NCBI GenBank assembly: GCA_052279835.1
Contig: CP181291.1
Location: 4,096,001-4,160,000 of the forward strand
Source of the DNA: Microcoleus sp.
Lineage (GTDB): Bacteria; Cyanobacteriota; Cyanobacteriia; Cyanobacteriales; Microcoleaceae
Length of the DNA: 64,000 nt
Direction: 5' to 3'
The notes under the pieces were generated by a model, which was given only the letters and a program-made list of their open reading frames with translations, had not been told where the DNA came from and did no database searches. Shown piece after piece: positions 1-10,840 of this stretch (position 1 is the first letter of the stretch; each line of letters begins with the position of its first letter). Made by a program: the position numbers and the translations under genes.

Positions 1-595
1 GGACTACATCACGCGCAAAGCGAACCATCAAGGTGTAGCAGCTCAAATATCAGCCCACGAATACCTGGATTTGAGTGAACTAATCGCCAAGGCTAAATCT
101 GCTGCGGAACATCCGGTAATTGTGGTAGCAGAAGGACTCAACGATCCCCACAATTTAGGGGCAATTATTCGCACAGCAGAAGCATTGGGCACTCAGGGCG
201 TAGTGATACCCCAGCGGCGGGCGGTGGGGATTACCTCCGCGGTTAGAAAAGTGGCCGCTGGCGCCTTGGAAAATTTACCCGTAGCGAGGGTGGTCAATCT
301 CAGTCGGGCTTTGGAAGAATTGAAAGAGGCTGGATTTTGGATTTACGGCACTGCCGCTACGGCCAGTCAATCGGTAGAGACAGTGAATTTCTCCGGGCCC
401 ACGGTTTTAGTTGTAGGTGGTGAAGCTGACGGTTTGAGCCTTTTGATACAGCGCGGCTGTGATGGATTAGTTTCAATTCCATTAAGGGGCAATACACCAA
501 GCCTGAATGTCTCCGTAGCAACGGGCATGGCTTTATATGAAATTTACCGCCAGCGCGGACCCAAGAAGTTTCATGTACACAGCTCGTCAAAGTAA
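1..595 (+). CDS. rlmB: 23S rRNA 2'-O-methyltransferase, TrmH/SpoU family (5' part outside window)
   Basis: Frame open from base 2 ([16 protein letters not shown]); SPOUT motifs [25 protein letters not shown]. Confidence 0.92.
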   Translation, partial: DYITRKANHQGVAAQISAHEYLDLSELIAKAKSAAEHPVIVVAEGLNDPHNLGAIIRTAEALGTQGVVIPQRRAVGITSAVRKVAAGALENLPVARVVNLSRALEELKEAGFWIYGTAATASQSVETVNFSGPTVLVVGGEADGLSLLIQRGCDGLVSIPLRGNTPSLNVSVATGMALYEIYRQRGPKKFHVHSSSK

Positions 596-1065
596 TTAGT
601 CCGATCGCCCCCTAAAGCCGGGGGCGATCGACCCCCAAGTTTCCCATTTTAGGTAATTTAAAAAAATGCCACACCTGATTAGAAAATTTCCTTCATATTA
701 GAATAGGCATCACTCATTACCATGTGTACCTAACCTAACTGAGAGAGGCTATATAATTTTTTTTCAACTACGCCAATTATATCATCCGTAAAAAAAATTT
801 GACAGGAGAGGATATCTCAACTACAATTCCATCCAAAAACCATGTCAGGGAACCCCAAACTATATAGCCTTAGCCGGCTGTAGAGGGGAGAGAAGGGGGT
901 AGTAGTACCTCCCGTAAGGATTAATCCTTACAAAGGAGCTTGCTAGACAGGTGTATATATTTGTCTATAAAGCTTATAACTATTATAACAAAGTGTAAAT
1001 AACTAAGGCATCAGCCTTGCAGGCAGCACTCTGGAAAAAAAAAGTAAAATACATTACAAATCCCC

Positions 1066-1344
1066 ATGAAAGAACTCTTGATTAGCTTGCTCAACTTTTT
1101 CGGTTTAGCTTGGTGGGTGGAAGTTAAAACTGCATCGCCACGGTGCATTTACTATTTTGGCCCGTTTATGACCGCTAAAGAGGCCCAAGCTGCACAAACA
1201 GGATATGTAGAAGACATAGAAAATGAAGATGCTCAAGGTATTAGTGTTTCGATTCAACGTTGCAAACCTGTGAATTTGACAGTAGCAGATGACTTGGGAA
1301 AGCTTGGTGATCCAGGGATGTTCCCGGTTTTTAGCAGTCAGTAG
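1066..1344 (+). CDS. DUF1816 family protein
   Basis: WWVEVKTASPRCIYYFGPF motif typical of this cyanobacterial family. Confidence 0.85.
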   Translation: MKELLISLLNFFGLAWWVEVKTASPRCIYYFGPFMTAKEAQAAQTGYVEDIENEDAQGISVSIQRCKPVNLTVADDLGKLGDPGMFPVFSSQ

Positions 1345-1354
1345 CAGCAAGGGG

Positions 1355-1390
1355 AGTCAATAGTTTTGAAGACAAAACTATTGACTTTTT
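1355..1390 (+). terminator. Intrinsic terminator
   Basis: Perfect 14-bp stem AGTCAATAGTTTTG/CAAAACTATTGACT, 4-nt loop, T run, just after the stop codon. Confidence 0.75.
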
Positions 1391-1585
1391 GACCTCAAAT
1401 TGCTGGTGGCTAATAGGTAATGGGTAACGGGGAATGGTGAGCGGGTAATGGGACACAATTCCTAGCTGGCCGCTAAGCTGAACTCAGATTACCAATTACC
1501 TATTACCAATACCCTTGTTTTTCTTAGCAATGTTACAGCCCTGGAGATGGGGGGGTTACTTCTTCCTTTTTCCTTCTTCCTTCTT

Positions 1586-1843
1586 ATCTCAATTCCGGTT
1601 TTATCGGAATGATTAAACCACAGAGAACACAGAGGACACAGAGAAAGAGAAGAGAGAAATAATAATTCCGATGTCAATGGATTTGATATTACTTCTTCCT
1701 TCTTCCTTCTTCCTTCTTCCTTCTTCCTTCTTCCTTCTTATCTCAATTCCGGTTTTATCGGAATGATTAAACCACAGAGAACACAGAGGACACAGAGAAA
1801 GAGAAGAGAGAAATAATAATTCCGATGTCAATGGATTTGATAT
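1586..1843. repeat. Two identical 104-bp MITE-like elements (1586-1689, 1740-1843) separated by TTCTTCC heptamers
   Basis: Direct duplication with 154-bp period; imperfect terminal inverted repeats ATCTCAATTCC...TCGGAAT / ATTCCGA...GGATTTGATAT. Confidence 0.8.
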
Positions 1844-1844
1844 T

Positions 1845-1911
1845 ACTTCTTCCTTCTTCCTTCTTCCTTCTTCCTTCTTCCTTCTTCCTTCTTCCTTCTT
1901 CCTTCTTCCTT
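1845..1911. repeat. STRR heptamer tandem repeat (TTCTTCC)n
   Basis: Directly visible. Confidence 0.9.
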
Positions 1912-2736
1912 CTACTTAACTGTCTGAGGGAAGTTTTCTATCCAGCGATCGATATCTGCAAGTACCCGATCGGGAATTTCCCAGGGGAATAAGTGGGCTG
2001 TATTTGGATAGCACTCCCACTGACATTCCTGGAGGTGTTGGGCTGTTTCTAAACTGGATGCGGAGGTGATGTGCCGATCGCCCTCTCCAGCCATGACTAA
2101 GGAAGGGCATTGAATATCGCCGAGGTTGAGTAGTCGGTTATATCCAGCCCTCAGAGCCGTATTTAAGGCTTTGGTAGCCGTGGGGGAAGTCTGGAGATAG
2201 GCGGGAGTACCTGCGCTGGCTAAATAGCGATAGGGAGTGCTTGTATGCTGTTGTATTAAGTAGCGAAAGAGCGATCGCCTAGCAAAAGTATCAATATTCC
2301 ATTGCCAGCCCGGTATCACCCAATTGATGATTCCCGCTACACCCGTATAAAAGTTATCTTGCCAAGATATGGGAGGGTGACTGCCTCTGGGTTTGGCGGC
2401 GGATGCAAGTATAATCAAACCCGTGACTCGCTGCGGATATTTCATCGCTAATTCCAGGGCTAAAATCCCCCCTAAAGACCATCCGAGTACCAAACAGCGA
2501 TCGATCCCAAATCGGTCTAAAAGCGCTTCTAAATCTAGGAGATGATCCGTCATGTCAAAGGGAGTAAAAGTGCGACTATTGCCGTATCCCCGCAAGTCTG
2601 GGGCGATGGTTTGGAATCGCTCAGATAAGTGTTCTGTAAACACTGACATACAAGAGCCAGAGCCAGGATGACCGTGCAAACATAGGATCGGAAATCCTGT
2701 TCCTTTGACAGAAACACTAAGTTTTTGAGGTGTCAT
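1912..2736 (-). CDS. Alpha/beta fold hydrolase
   Basis: LHGHPG, DLRGYG, GWSLGG nucleophile elbow, D and H (AHLFP) of the triad. Confidence 0.9.
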   Translation of the reverse strand: MTPQKLSVSVKGTGFPILCLHGHPGSGSCMSVFTEHLSERFQTIAPDLRGYGNSRTFTPFDMTDHLLDLEALLDRFGIDRCLVLGWSLGGILALELAMKYPQRVTGLIILASAAKPRGSHPPISWQDNFYTGVAGIINWVIPGWQWNIDTFARRSLFRYLIQQHTSTPYRYLASAGTPAYLQTSPTATKALNTALRAGYNRLLNLGDIQCPSLVMAGEGDRHITSASSLETAQHLQECQWECYPNTAHLFPWEIPDRVLADIDRWIENFPQTVK

Positions 2737-2839
2737 ATCAAATCCGGTAGCATCGGAATTATTCAGAACTCTATTCTCTCCCTCTGTGTCCTCTGTGTTC
2801 TCTGCGGTTAAATCATTCCGATGTAACCGGAAACAATAT
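2735..2839. repeat. Third, inverted and diverged copy of the 104-bp MITE
   Basis: Reverse-complement match to 1586-1689; overlaps the hydrolase start codon. Confidence 0.75.
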
Positions 2840-2874
2840 CATTCTATATGTCTCTGAGAAGCCCATCCGAATTT

Positions 2875-4671
2875 TTACTTGCTAGCTTGCTGCTGAGTTT
2901 TCTGAGTTTTCTGAGTTTTTGGTTGCGAAACTTGCTGCTCTTTCGGTTGAGAAACCTCAGCTTTTACTAATTCAGGAAATGGTGGCTGGAGATTGTGAAC
3001 TTCGATGTCCATTCCCACTGGCAGAGGTGGCAGTTGGGGCAGATCGTTTTCCAAATCTTTGAACCCTTTGAGGTTTTTTGCTGGCAAAATTTCCGGCATT
3101 TGTGGTGGTAATTTTGCTGTTTCCAAAGTGCCGATCATTTTAGCTAGGGCGAATTCTAGTTGAGAACCAGGGTCGATCGCCACCCAACCCCGATCCGTCA
3201 TTTGCCGGATCTCGAAGTGGAGGTGAGGGCCCGTGGACATTCCTGTACTACCAACGCGGCCGATGGTTTCTCCCTGTTTCACCCACTCTCCGGGCTTCAC
3301 AAACAGTTCAGAAAGGTGTCCGTAGAGAGTTTCCTGAGACTGTTTACTGTGATTGAGCACCACCGTCAAACCATAACCGCCTAGCCAATCGGCGATCGCC
3401 ACTTGACCAGCATAAGCAGCCAGAACGGGCGTTCCCAGCTCCGCTCCCAAGTCAGTCCCAGTGTGAAACCTGCCATAGCCCATAACTGGATGAGTCCGCC
3501 ACCCAAATGGCGAAGTAATTGCCGAAGCAATAGATAGTGGAAACAGCAGACTGGTGTTGCCATTTCCGGCCTTACCAGCGGGACGTTGCGTGAGATTGTA
3601 ATAAGCAAAGCCTGTATTGCTACCGCTGCTGACACTAATCGGGCCGACTTCAATGGGGCCTAGTCCCATACTCGATCCAGGAGCTGAGTTGCCTCCCCCG
3701 CTATTTCCCGAATATGCAGCGTTAGCATAATATCCAGCCTCCTCCGATGAGTAGCCTGGATTAGCTGAGTAACCTGGATTAGCCGAGTAAGTCGCCTCTC
3801 CGTTCACTGATTTTGGCTGTCTGGTTCCCGCACCCCACAACTGACTGCCGATTTTTTCGACGGCTTGACCGATGGTGTCGCTAACATTGCCACCACCATT
3901 GCCGGCAACACTTGCTGGAACCCGCGCCGGAACATTCCCTGGAACATTTCTGGGAACATTCCCAGAGGGAGGAGTAGCAATATAGGAGTCAGGAGCGATC
4001 GGAGTTTGAGGGTTGTAGTTGCCTCCCCCAGCATCGGCGGTGACTGGCTCGGAAATCGCAGCAGGGGCGCACGCACTCCCACCACCGGGACAGTCGGTCG
4101 ATCGAGCTGAAAATTCTATGTTTGTCGGCGATTCGTAGCTGTTGGTCGCCCCAGCGCTGTAGTCTGTCTGGTCGTTGTAAGCGTTGGCGGGGTTCACGGG
4201 CGCTTCAAAAGGAGGTTCCGGCGACTGGGCTGTGGGTTCCGGCAGGGGTATCAGTGCGGGTTCGGGCAGATAATATTCTGAGGTCCGAGGTGCGGCCGCT
4301 GCTGGCGGTTCCGTCGCGTATTCCGGTTCGGGAGCTGGTTCTTGGTAGCGAGGCTCCCGCGCTACCTCTGGGGTTGGCTCGCTTTCTGCCATGGGAGCCG
4401 GTTGTACCGGGAGAGGGGCTTCAAATAATGGTTGCAGGTCTGCGGCACCTGGGGCTGTCTGTTCTACTGTTGGAGTTTCCGTTTGTGCCCACACTATGCC
4501 TTTGCTGAGTAGTCCCAGACTGGCAAGGCAACCTAGTCCCACCAGCAGGGAGCGATCGGACAAAAGACGCTGAAGATTTCGTGCGCCTCTAGGTTTTTTA
4601 TTTGGCTCTTTGGTGTTGACAGTGGCTGTGCAATGCTTGTCTGAAACTGGTTTCACGATTTTTTTTCCCAA
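2875..4671 (-). CDS. M23 family metallopeptidase with N-terminal hydrophobic segment and long Pro/Gly-rich linker
   Basis: HTGTD and HLHFE zinc motifs, YGHL, GSTGMSTGPH. Confidence 0.9.
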   Translation of the reverse strand: MGKKIVKPVSDKHCTATVNTKEPNKKPRGARNLQRLLSDRSLLVGLGCLASLGLLSKGIVWAQTETPTVEQTAPGAADLQPLFEAPLPVQPAPMAESEPTPEVAREPRYQEPAPEPEYATEPPAAAAPRTSEYYLPEPALIPLPEPTAQSPEPPFEAPVNPANAYNDQTDYSAGATNSYESPTNIEFSARSTDCPGGGSACAPAAISEPVTADAGGGNYNPQTPIAPDSYIATPPSGNVPRNVPGNVPARVPASVAGNGGGNVSDTIGQAVEKIGSQLWGAGTRQPKSVNGEATYSANPGYSANPGYSSEEAGYYANAAYSGNSGGGNSAPGSSMGLGPIEVGPISVSSGSNTGFAYYNLTQRPAGKAGNGNTSLLFPLSIASAITSPFGWRTHPVMGYGRFHTGTDLGAELGTPVLAAYAGQVAIADWLGGYGLTVVLNHSKQSQETLYGHLSELFVKPGEWVKQGETIGRVGSTGMSTGPHLHFEIRQMTDRGWVAIDPGSQLEFALAKMIGTLETAKLPPQMPEILPAKNLKGFKDLENDLPQLPPLPVGMDIEVHNLQPPFPELVKAEVSQPKEQQVSQPKTQKTQKTQQQASK

Positions 4672-4860
4672 CTCAACTAGGGCCTTGGTGGAGATAGAAG
4701 TCAGGCTCGAATTTATGCTAATCCTTGTCTGGAGTAGAGCCTAAACTATTGTACCTGGTTAACGCGATTATTCCGTTCAACCTCGCTAGTTGATTCCAGT
4801 TTGTCGGTTCACTTGGCAAAATTGTTAATTATTTAGTATTGTTTACTCCCTTAGGGCAGC

Positions 4861-5754
4861 ATGGCATTAATGAGTTTACCTGACGATCGCTTGACAAATT
4901 TTCGCGACTATGAGTTCCTTGGGGAACCAGAGGGTGTTACTTGGGAGTGGCAAAGTTGGGAGGGATTGCCCTATCTGACTTGTAGCTTGCTGGAACGCTG
5001 GAAACACGGCTTTTTTACGGCTCCCTTTTCGCCCCGCACCCCGATCGACTTGGTGCAAGTTTTGTCGCCCGGAGCTCCTGTTTACCGGGTCAAGCAGGTA
5101 CATGGCAATGGCGTACTCCAGACTGGTCAGGTGGCTCCGGTTTCTGCTAGTGGTCCGGGAGCGGAAACTGAGACCCCAATTTATGCTGAGGCTGATGGCT
5201 TGGTCGCCCAGCGAGAGTTTGAGGCGATTTGGGTTTGTACGGCAGATTGTGTCCCTGTGTTGATTGGTGACGATCGCACCGGACTCACTGCCGCAGTTCA
5301 CGCAGGTTGGCGCGGGACTGCTGCTAAGATATTACCAGAGGCGATCGCTCAACTTGTGGCCGTTGGCAGTCAACTGGAAAATCTGAGGATTGCTATGGGG
5401 CCGGCGATCGCTGGACAGGTTTACCAGGTATCTGTGGAAGTGGCAGCGGAACTGGGAGCTACCATTACTCCCAAGGGTGCAGTTAGTGTGACAGCCGACC
5501 GCATTCTAGAGTTTTTGCACCAACTGCCTCAAACTCCTGTGTTAGCCGATCCTGAACCGGGAAAAGTACGTTTGGATGTTCGCCGCTGCAATGCTTTGCA
5601 ATTGCAACAGTTGGGAATTCATCCTTCTCAAGTGGCGATCGCTCCTCACTGTACTTATTCTGACTCCGATCGCTTTTTTTCCTACCGCCGGGAGCCACTT
5701 AAAAAAGTCCAGTGGTCGGGAATTGTCAGTGGCGGCGCGACAACTACCTGTTGA
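4861..5754 (+). CDS. pgeF: Peptidoglycan editing factor PgeF / YfiH family
   Basis: QVHG, TADCVP, HAGWRG, FFSYRR motifs. Confidence 0.93.
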   Translation: MALMSLPDDRLTNFRDYEFLGEPEGVTWEWQSWEGLPYLTCSLLERWKHGFFTAPFSPRTPIDLVQVLSPGAPVYRVKQVHGNGVLQTGQVAPVSASGPGAETETPIYAEADGLVAQREFEAIWVCTADCVPVLIGDDRTGLTAAVHAGWRGTAAKILPEAIAQLVAVGSQLENLRIAMGPAIAGQVYQVSVEVAAELGATITPKGAVSVTADRILEFLHQLPQTPVLADPEPGKVRLDVRRCNALQLQQLGIHPSQVAIAPHCTYSDSDRFFSYRREPLKKVQWSGIVSGGATTTC

Positions 5755-6031
5755 AGGTAGAAGGTAGAATGTAGTTTTAAGTTTTAAATTTTGACTTTTA
5801 AATTTTGAATTTTAACTCTTTAACTTAAAACTCAAAACTTAAAATTTACAGACTCTCCTTCTACTTTCAAAACAGGATTTTCAGGGGTTAACCTACCTAC
5901 TTAGTGGGTGATTCCCTAAAATCAATAAAAACTAGCAACTAAACTTTTTGGGAAAGCGGCCCTCGCCCCCGCCCCGCTTTCCTCTCTTGTTAAGATTGCG
6001 CTATAACGAGAGTCTCCAGCGGGTTATTAAA

Positions 6032-6643
6032 ATGAGCGATCCAACTCCCTATCAACTGCTTGAGGTCGATGAAGATGCTTCTTTTGATGAAGTGCAAGAA
6101 GCCCGCACTCGTCTGGCTGAACATTACAGTGGCGATTTGAAACGTTTGGAATCGATCGAAGCTGCTTACGACGCGATCCTGATGGATCGTTTGCGACAAC
6201 GACAGGAGGGTAAAATTAAAGTCCCCGAACGCATCCGTTTTCCTGAACGGTTGACTCCTCCACCCGCCAGCTTTACTCCCTCTCCTCCGTCTGGTAGTCC
6301 TGCTTGGCTGCAACGGCTAATCGATACTCCTAGTCGATCGGACATTTTGTGGCCTGCGGGAATCTATGTCGGATTGAGCGGGCTGAGTATCTATCCGGCT
6401 GCTAATAATTCTTTACTACAGTTGACTCTAGCTCTGGGAGTCGGCTCTTGTCTCTATTTTCTCAATCGCAAGGAACAAAAATTTGGTCGGGCTGTACTGC
6501 TAACAGTTATGGGCTTGGTTTTAGGCTTGTTGCTGGGAGGTATTTTAAGCTCTCTGGTGAGTCCAGCATTCATCGCAACAGAGAAATTTATTGCTTTGTT
6601 TACGTTTTTAACTCTGTGGCTGGTCAGCAGTTTTTTACGATAG
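6032..6643 (+). CDS. CPP1-like (DUF3353) J-like membrane protein
   Basis: PYQLLEVDEDASFDEVQEAR, IEAAYDAILMDRLRQRQEGKIKVP, C-terminal TM helices; ATG 6032 preferred over TTG 5948. Confidence 0.85.
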   Translation: MSDPTPYQLLEVDEDASFDEVQEARTRLAEHYSGDLKRLESIEAAYDAILMDRLRQRQEGKIKVPERIRFPERLTPPPASFTPSPPSGSPAWLQRLIDTPSRSDILWPAGIYVGLSGLSIYPAANNSLLQLTLALGVGSCLYFLNRKEQKFGRAVLLTVMGLVLGLLLGGILSSLVSPAFIATEKFIALFTFLTLWLVSSFLR

Positions 6644-6652
6644 TTTAGTCTC

Positions 6653-6724
6653 TAGACTTCTCCCAAAAAGCCTGTAAAAAATAGGTCAGAAAGCCTGTTC
6701 TACAATAATTATGGGAGATGTCTA
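6653..6724. repeat. 72-bp MITE-like element
   Basis: TIRs TAGACTTCTCCC / GGGAGATGTCTA; second copy inverted at 42931-43002. Confidence 0.75.
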
Positions 6725-6760
6725 ATACAGTCAACAGTTGAGTGTTGACTGTTGACTGAT

Positions 6761-7450
6761 TTATCGGGCCGATCGAGCGAAAATGATCTCAACGGCTTCG
6801 CCCAAATTGTTAGCAATTAAGTCTGGTTGCTGACTTTCTAGTTGCGAGCGATCGCGAATCCCGCACAAAACACCAATTACCTTGACACCGTGGGTTTTAG
6901 CTGCTACAATATCTGCCTCTGTATCCCCAACCATCCAAGTATCAGAAGCTGGCGGCAATTCGGCGAGAGCTTTTGCCATCAGCAAGGGCTTATCTTTAAC
7001 ATCACCAGTTTTAACATAATCATTGGGGAGACAATAACGGCGGTCTTCTGGGAAAAAGTGGCCTAAATTGCAGCGGTTGAAAGCTTCGTCAAGTTCCCTG
7101 ACGCGACGCATAGTCATCACTACTAAATCAACTCCTGCCCCTTGTAGCTTTTCTAAGGTTTCCACCGCTCCTGGGGATGGGCGATCGTACATCAAGTAGG
7201 GGAAAGTATGAACAGTGTGACGACGTTTTTGGGCAAATTCAGTGGCTTGGATAGCATCCAATCCTGAGAGAATGCCGATTTCGGTTTCAGGAATCCGCGC
7301 CCGCTTCATTTCCCAAAACTCTGCTTTCGAGAGTTCGCGCACCTGTTGGTCTGAAGCTTGAGTCTCCGCAAGACATTGCTGATAAACTCGATAATAGCGA
7401 TCGGACACATCCATTATTGGCCCATCAAAGTCTGTAATCAGTCTCAGCAT
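6761..7450 (-). CDS. HAD family hydrolase
   Basis: DFDGP motif I, KP, VGDTEAD motif IV. Confidence 0.9.
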   Translation of the reverse strand: MLRLITDFDGPIMDVSDRYYRVYQQCLAETQASDQQVRELSKAEFWEMKRARIPETEIGILSGLDAIQATEFAQKRRHTVHTFPYLMYDRPSPGAVETLEKLQGAGVDLVVMTMRRVRELDEAFNRCNLGHFFPEDRRYCLPNDYVKTGDVKDKPLLMAKALAELPPASDTWMVGDTEADIVAAKTHGVKVIGVLCGIRDRSQLESQQPDLIANNLGEAVEIIFARSAR

Positions 7451-8042
7451 TTAGCAGAATATATTTAAGATTTGATACAAATTATTTAATATTGTATCAT
7501 TAAGAGAAGTCATATCCTCCACAAAACTTGACAGAAATACCCTAGGGAGTTACTGTTTATTAAGTAATGTCAATTGCATAAAACATTACGCTCAAACTCT
7601 AGTCACACTCAACTGTAGCGGTTGCAATCAATATCAGGAAATCTACAATTAAGATGTGTTGCACAAATAAAGTTAACCGCTATATTTTATACATAAATCT
7701 ACCCCTTAACCTAGGGTGAGTTGAGGTTGAGTTCACAGGATTGTTAAAAACATTCCATGGAACTCATATTCGGCTAGCTTTGCCACAGGGAAAAACTGCT
7801 CAGAGGAATCAAATTTAGTGTTTGGTTAAATTTACCAGCCGTAAAATAGTGCCCTACCTCCCCAGAGTTTCCACCCCCATATCAAGAGCTTGTAACTTAC
7901 GCATCGAGAGCGTATTTATGTCATTGCGAAGTAAAGGAGAGCTTTTACGAACATTGATTTATCCTAAAAAAGGCATAAATAAAATAGCCTATTGACGAAA
8001 AAAACAGCCCCACCTTGGAAATAGAACCTCAAACATAACGAA

Positions 8043-10130
8043 ATGCTACCCAAATTAAGCGTACAAATCCCCCCCAAAAGTGTGAACAATCTGCTTGACA
8101 AGTTGTTGTCCTTGCGTCGAATTGAATACCTCGCAGTCGATCGAGAGCTGAAAATTCAAGAAACATCTTTGAACGTCCAAGAATTTGCTGACATTCCCGA
8201 TGGGATCGAAAAAGGAAAAGATGTGCGTGATAGTTTTCCCGAACTAATCGGCATCGAAGAAATCCTCGATGATATTCTCGAAGAAAAACAGCCCAATTTT
8301 CAACTAAAATCAGTAACCCGAATTTTAAATGATGGCTCTTGTTTGTATCTAGATTTATATGTTTTTGGTTATAAAGAACAGTTAAAACCTGAGAGACTCA
8401 TTATTTTCTGTGAAGACGTAACAGATAGTACCAGTATGCAGCAAACCATGGTGCAATCAGTAAATGAAAGCAGCATCAAAGTCACTAATTTAGCTACCTC
8501 CCGCGATTATATTGAGCAGATCCTGAATTCAATCAATGATATTTTGTTAGTGACGACGGCATCGGGAAAAATCAAAAAAATCAATAAATCCACAGAATTA
8601 CTATTTGGATACACCGAAGCAGAATTAATTGGTAAACCAATTTCAATGATTACCGCAAATGAGGAATTATTGCGTCAAGTCAGTCAGTTACCTGCGGAAC
8701 TTAAAAACGAATCATGGCATCAGGTGAAAGTAATATGCCACACTAAAGCAGCTTTAAGCTTAACAGTGGCTTTTTCCTGCTCTACCATCGAGACCAGGGT
8801 AGAAAGCAAGCATTCAGCAAGTGAAACTATACAAGATTTTGTCTATATTGGCAGAGATATCACCGAACAACAACGAACAAAAAAGCGTCAATCAGCACAG
8901 TATGCAGTAGCTAGAATCATGTCAGAATCGGGTTCTTTAGAGAGCGCTACTCCGAAGATTTTGCAAGCTATTTGTGAAAGTTTAGGATGGGATCTCGGTG
9001 AATTGTGGACACCTGTGGATGAAAAAGAGACTAAATTAGATGGGGAAAATCAACAGCAAAAAGTCAGATTTTTGTTTGCAACACCAGACACTCCTGTGGA
9101 AAAAGTGCCGTTTCTACTGCGAGTTGGAGTATGGTGGCGGGGTAGAGATGTCGGCGAGTTTGTGGAAAATTGTCAGCAGATAACTCTCCCTCCTGGTGTG
9201 GGCTTACCCGGAGTGGTTTGGAACACTGGTTATCCGCAGTGGATTACTGATATTCTCAAAGATGGCAATTTTATAAGATCGAACTTAGCATCAAAAGCCA
9301 AACTGACTTCGGCTTTTGGTTTCCCAATTCGTGCTAGTGGTCAAATTGTAGGAGTCATGACTTTTTTCTGTCAAAAAAAACAGCCATCTGATGAAGACTT
9401 ACTTCAGATGATGGCCGCCGTTGGTTCGCAATTGGGACAGTTTGTCAAGCGCAAGTATGCCGAAAAAGAACTGCAAGAAGCCGAAGCTTCCATCAGACTT
9501 TTATACGAACAGGAAAAACGCCAAAGTAAAAAATTGGTTCAGCAAAATTTAGCCCTAGAAAAGACTAAATTAGAGTTAGAATCTGCTAACCGTGCCCTAG
9601 AGCGACTCGCCTCTGTAGATGGTTTGACTCAGATTGCTAATCGTCGCTGTTTTGACAAAACCTTGCAGTCGGAATGGTTGCGGATGGCGAGAAATCAAGA
9701 GCCCCTAGCTTTGATTTTGTTGGATATCGATTTTTTTAAACTTTATAACGACCATTACGGCCATCAAGGCGGAGATGAATGTTTAAAAAAAGTGGCGGAA
9801 ATTTTAGAGCGCAATGCTCATCGGGGAGGCGATTTATCTGCTAGGTACGGTGGTGAAGAATTTGCAGTAATTTTGTCCCAGACTGATGCTAAAGGAGCAA
9901 TGCGGGTAGCCGAATCAATTCGCAACGATTTGAAAATTGAGGCAATTCCTCACCAACTGTCAAAGGTAAGTCAGTTTGTAACTGCCAGTATGGGGATAGC
10001 TAGTGTAGTTCCTAGTGCGGAACTATCTGTGGAGTGGCTAATTGGGGAAGCAGATCGATCGCTCTACCAAGCTAAACTAGAAGGACGCGATCGGGTAATT
10101 TATCTAAATCCTGCAATTTTGGATAATTAG
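8043..10130 (+). CDS. Diguanylate cyclase with PAS and GAF domains
   Basis: DGLTQIANRR, RGGD I-site, intact GGEEF; PAS (LFGYTEAELIGKPI) and GAF (GVGLPGVVW). Confidence 0.92.
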   Translation: MLPKLSVQIPPKSVNNLLDKLLSLRRIEYLAVDRELKIQETSLNVQEFADIPDGIEKGKDVRDSFPELIGIEEILDDILEEKQPNFQLKSVTRILNDGSCLYLDLYVFGYKEQLKPERLIIFCEDVTDSTSMQQTMVQSVNESSIKVTNLATSRDYIEQILNSINDILLVTTASGKIKKINKSTELLFGYTEAELIGKPISMITANEELLRQVSQLPAELKNESWHQVKVICHTKAALSLTVAFSCSTIETRVESKHSASETIQDFVYIGRDITEQQRTKKRQSAQYAVARIMSESGSLESATPKILQAICESLGWDLGELWTPVDEKETKLDGENQQQKVRFLFATPDTPVEKVPFLLRVGVWWRGRDVGEFVENCQQITLPPGVGLPGVVWNTGYPQWITDILKDGNFIRSNLASKAKLTSAFGFPIRASGQIVGVMTFFCQKKQPSDEDLLQMMAAVGSQLGQFVKRKYAEKELQEAEASIRLLYEQEKRQSKKLVQQNLALEKTKLELESANRALERLASVDGLTQIANRRCFDKTLQSEWLRMARNQEPLALILLDIDFFKLYNDHYGHQGGDECLKKVAEILERNAHRGGDLSARYGGEEFAVILSQTDAKGAMRVAESIRNDLKIEAIPHQLSKVSQFVTASMGIASVVPSAELSVEWLIGEADRSLYQAKLEGRDRVIYLNPAILDN

Positions 10131-10179
10131 TCAGGTTGCGGAGGTAGTAAAAAAGCGCTTCTACCTGGGAAAGGAGTAT

Positions 10180-10716
10180 TTGTTGATGATGATTGTGAGA
10201 CAAGCTAAAATTGCTGATGCACCTGCCATCGCACGAGTTAATGTAGATACTTGGCGGACTGCTTATCAAAAAATTTTACCAGCCGACTATCTAGCGCAGT
10301 TATCCTATGAAAATCGAGAAAGTAATTGGCGAGACATCCTTGTAAACGCCGAAAAAAATGAATATTTTGTGTACGTGGCGGAGAATGAATTAGGACAAAT
10401 CGTGGGTTTTGCTGCTGGTGGCTACGAACGAACTCACAAATATGTTTATAAAGGAGAATTATTTGCTATATATATTTTGCAGGAATATCAGCATAGAGGA
10501 ATCGGAAGGAAACTCGTAGGAACAATTGCCTCCCAACTATCTAATTTAAACTTAAATTCGATGCTGGTTTGGGTGTTAGGAGATAATTCAGCCTGTAGGT
10601 TTTATCAAGTTTTGGGAGGCAAAAAAATTGAGGAACAACAAACAAATAGAGCCGGAGTTTTACTTAAGGAAATTGCCTACGGCTGGACCGACATAACTAT
10701 GCTGCTGGAAAATTGA
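10180..10716 (+). CDS. GNAT family N-acetyltransferase
   Basis: QHRGIGRKL acetyl-CoA motif; N..A..FY..LG. Confidence 0.9.
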   Translation: MLMMIVRQAKIADAPAIARVNVDTWRTAYQKILPADYLAQLSYENRESNWRDILVNAEKNEYFVYVAENELGQIVGFAAGGYERTHKYVYKGELFAIYILQEYQHRGIGRKLVGTIASQLSNLNLNSMLVWVLGDNSACRFYQVLGGKKIEEQQTNRAGVLLKEIAYGWTDITMLLEN

Positions 10717-10840
10717 TAAGCCCTAGGATGGCCGGCACGGGGGCACGCCCCCTACCAAAAATGAAACCAACCTTGGGGGGTGAGGAGTTTCCTCCTGGTT
10801 GCTCCTATCCATAGCATTGTTGCGTCCAGGACTACCTTCA

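Noticed and set aside
1489..1831. Twin short ORFs MTSELLFLSS...
   Set aside because: They are translations of the duplicated MITE and STRR
7451..8042. Riboswitch or sRNA in the long intergenic region before the diguanylate cyclase
   Set aside because: No recognisable c-di-GMP or other aptamer motif; only a weak GTAATGT/ACATTAC inverted repeat
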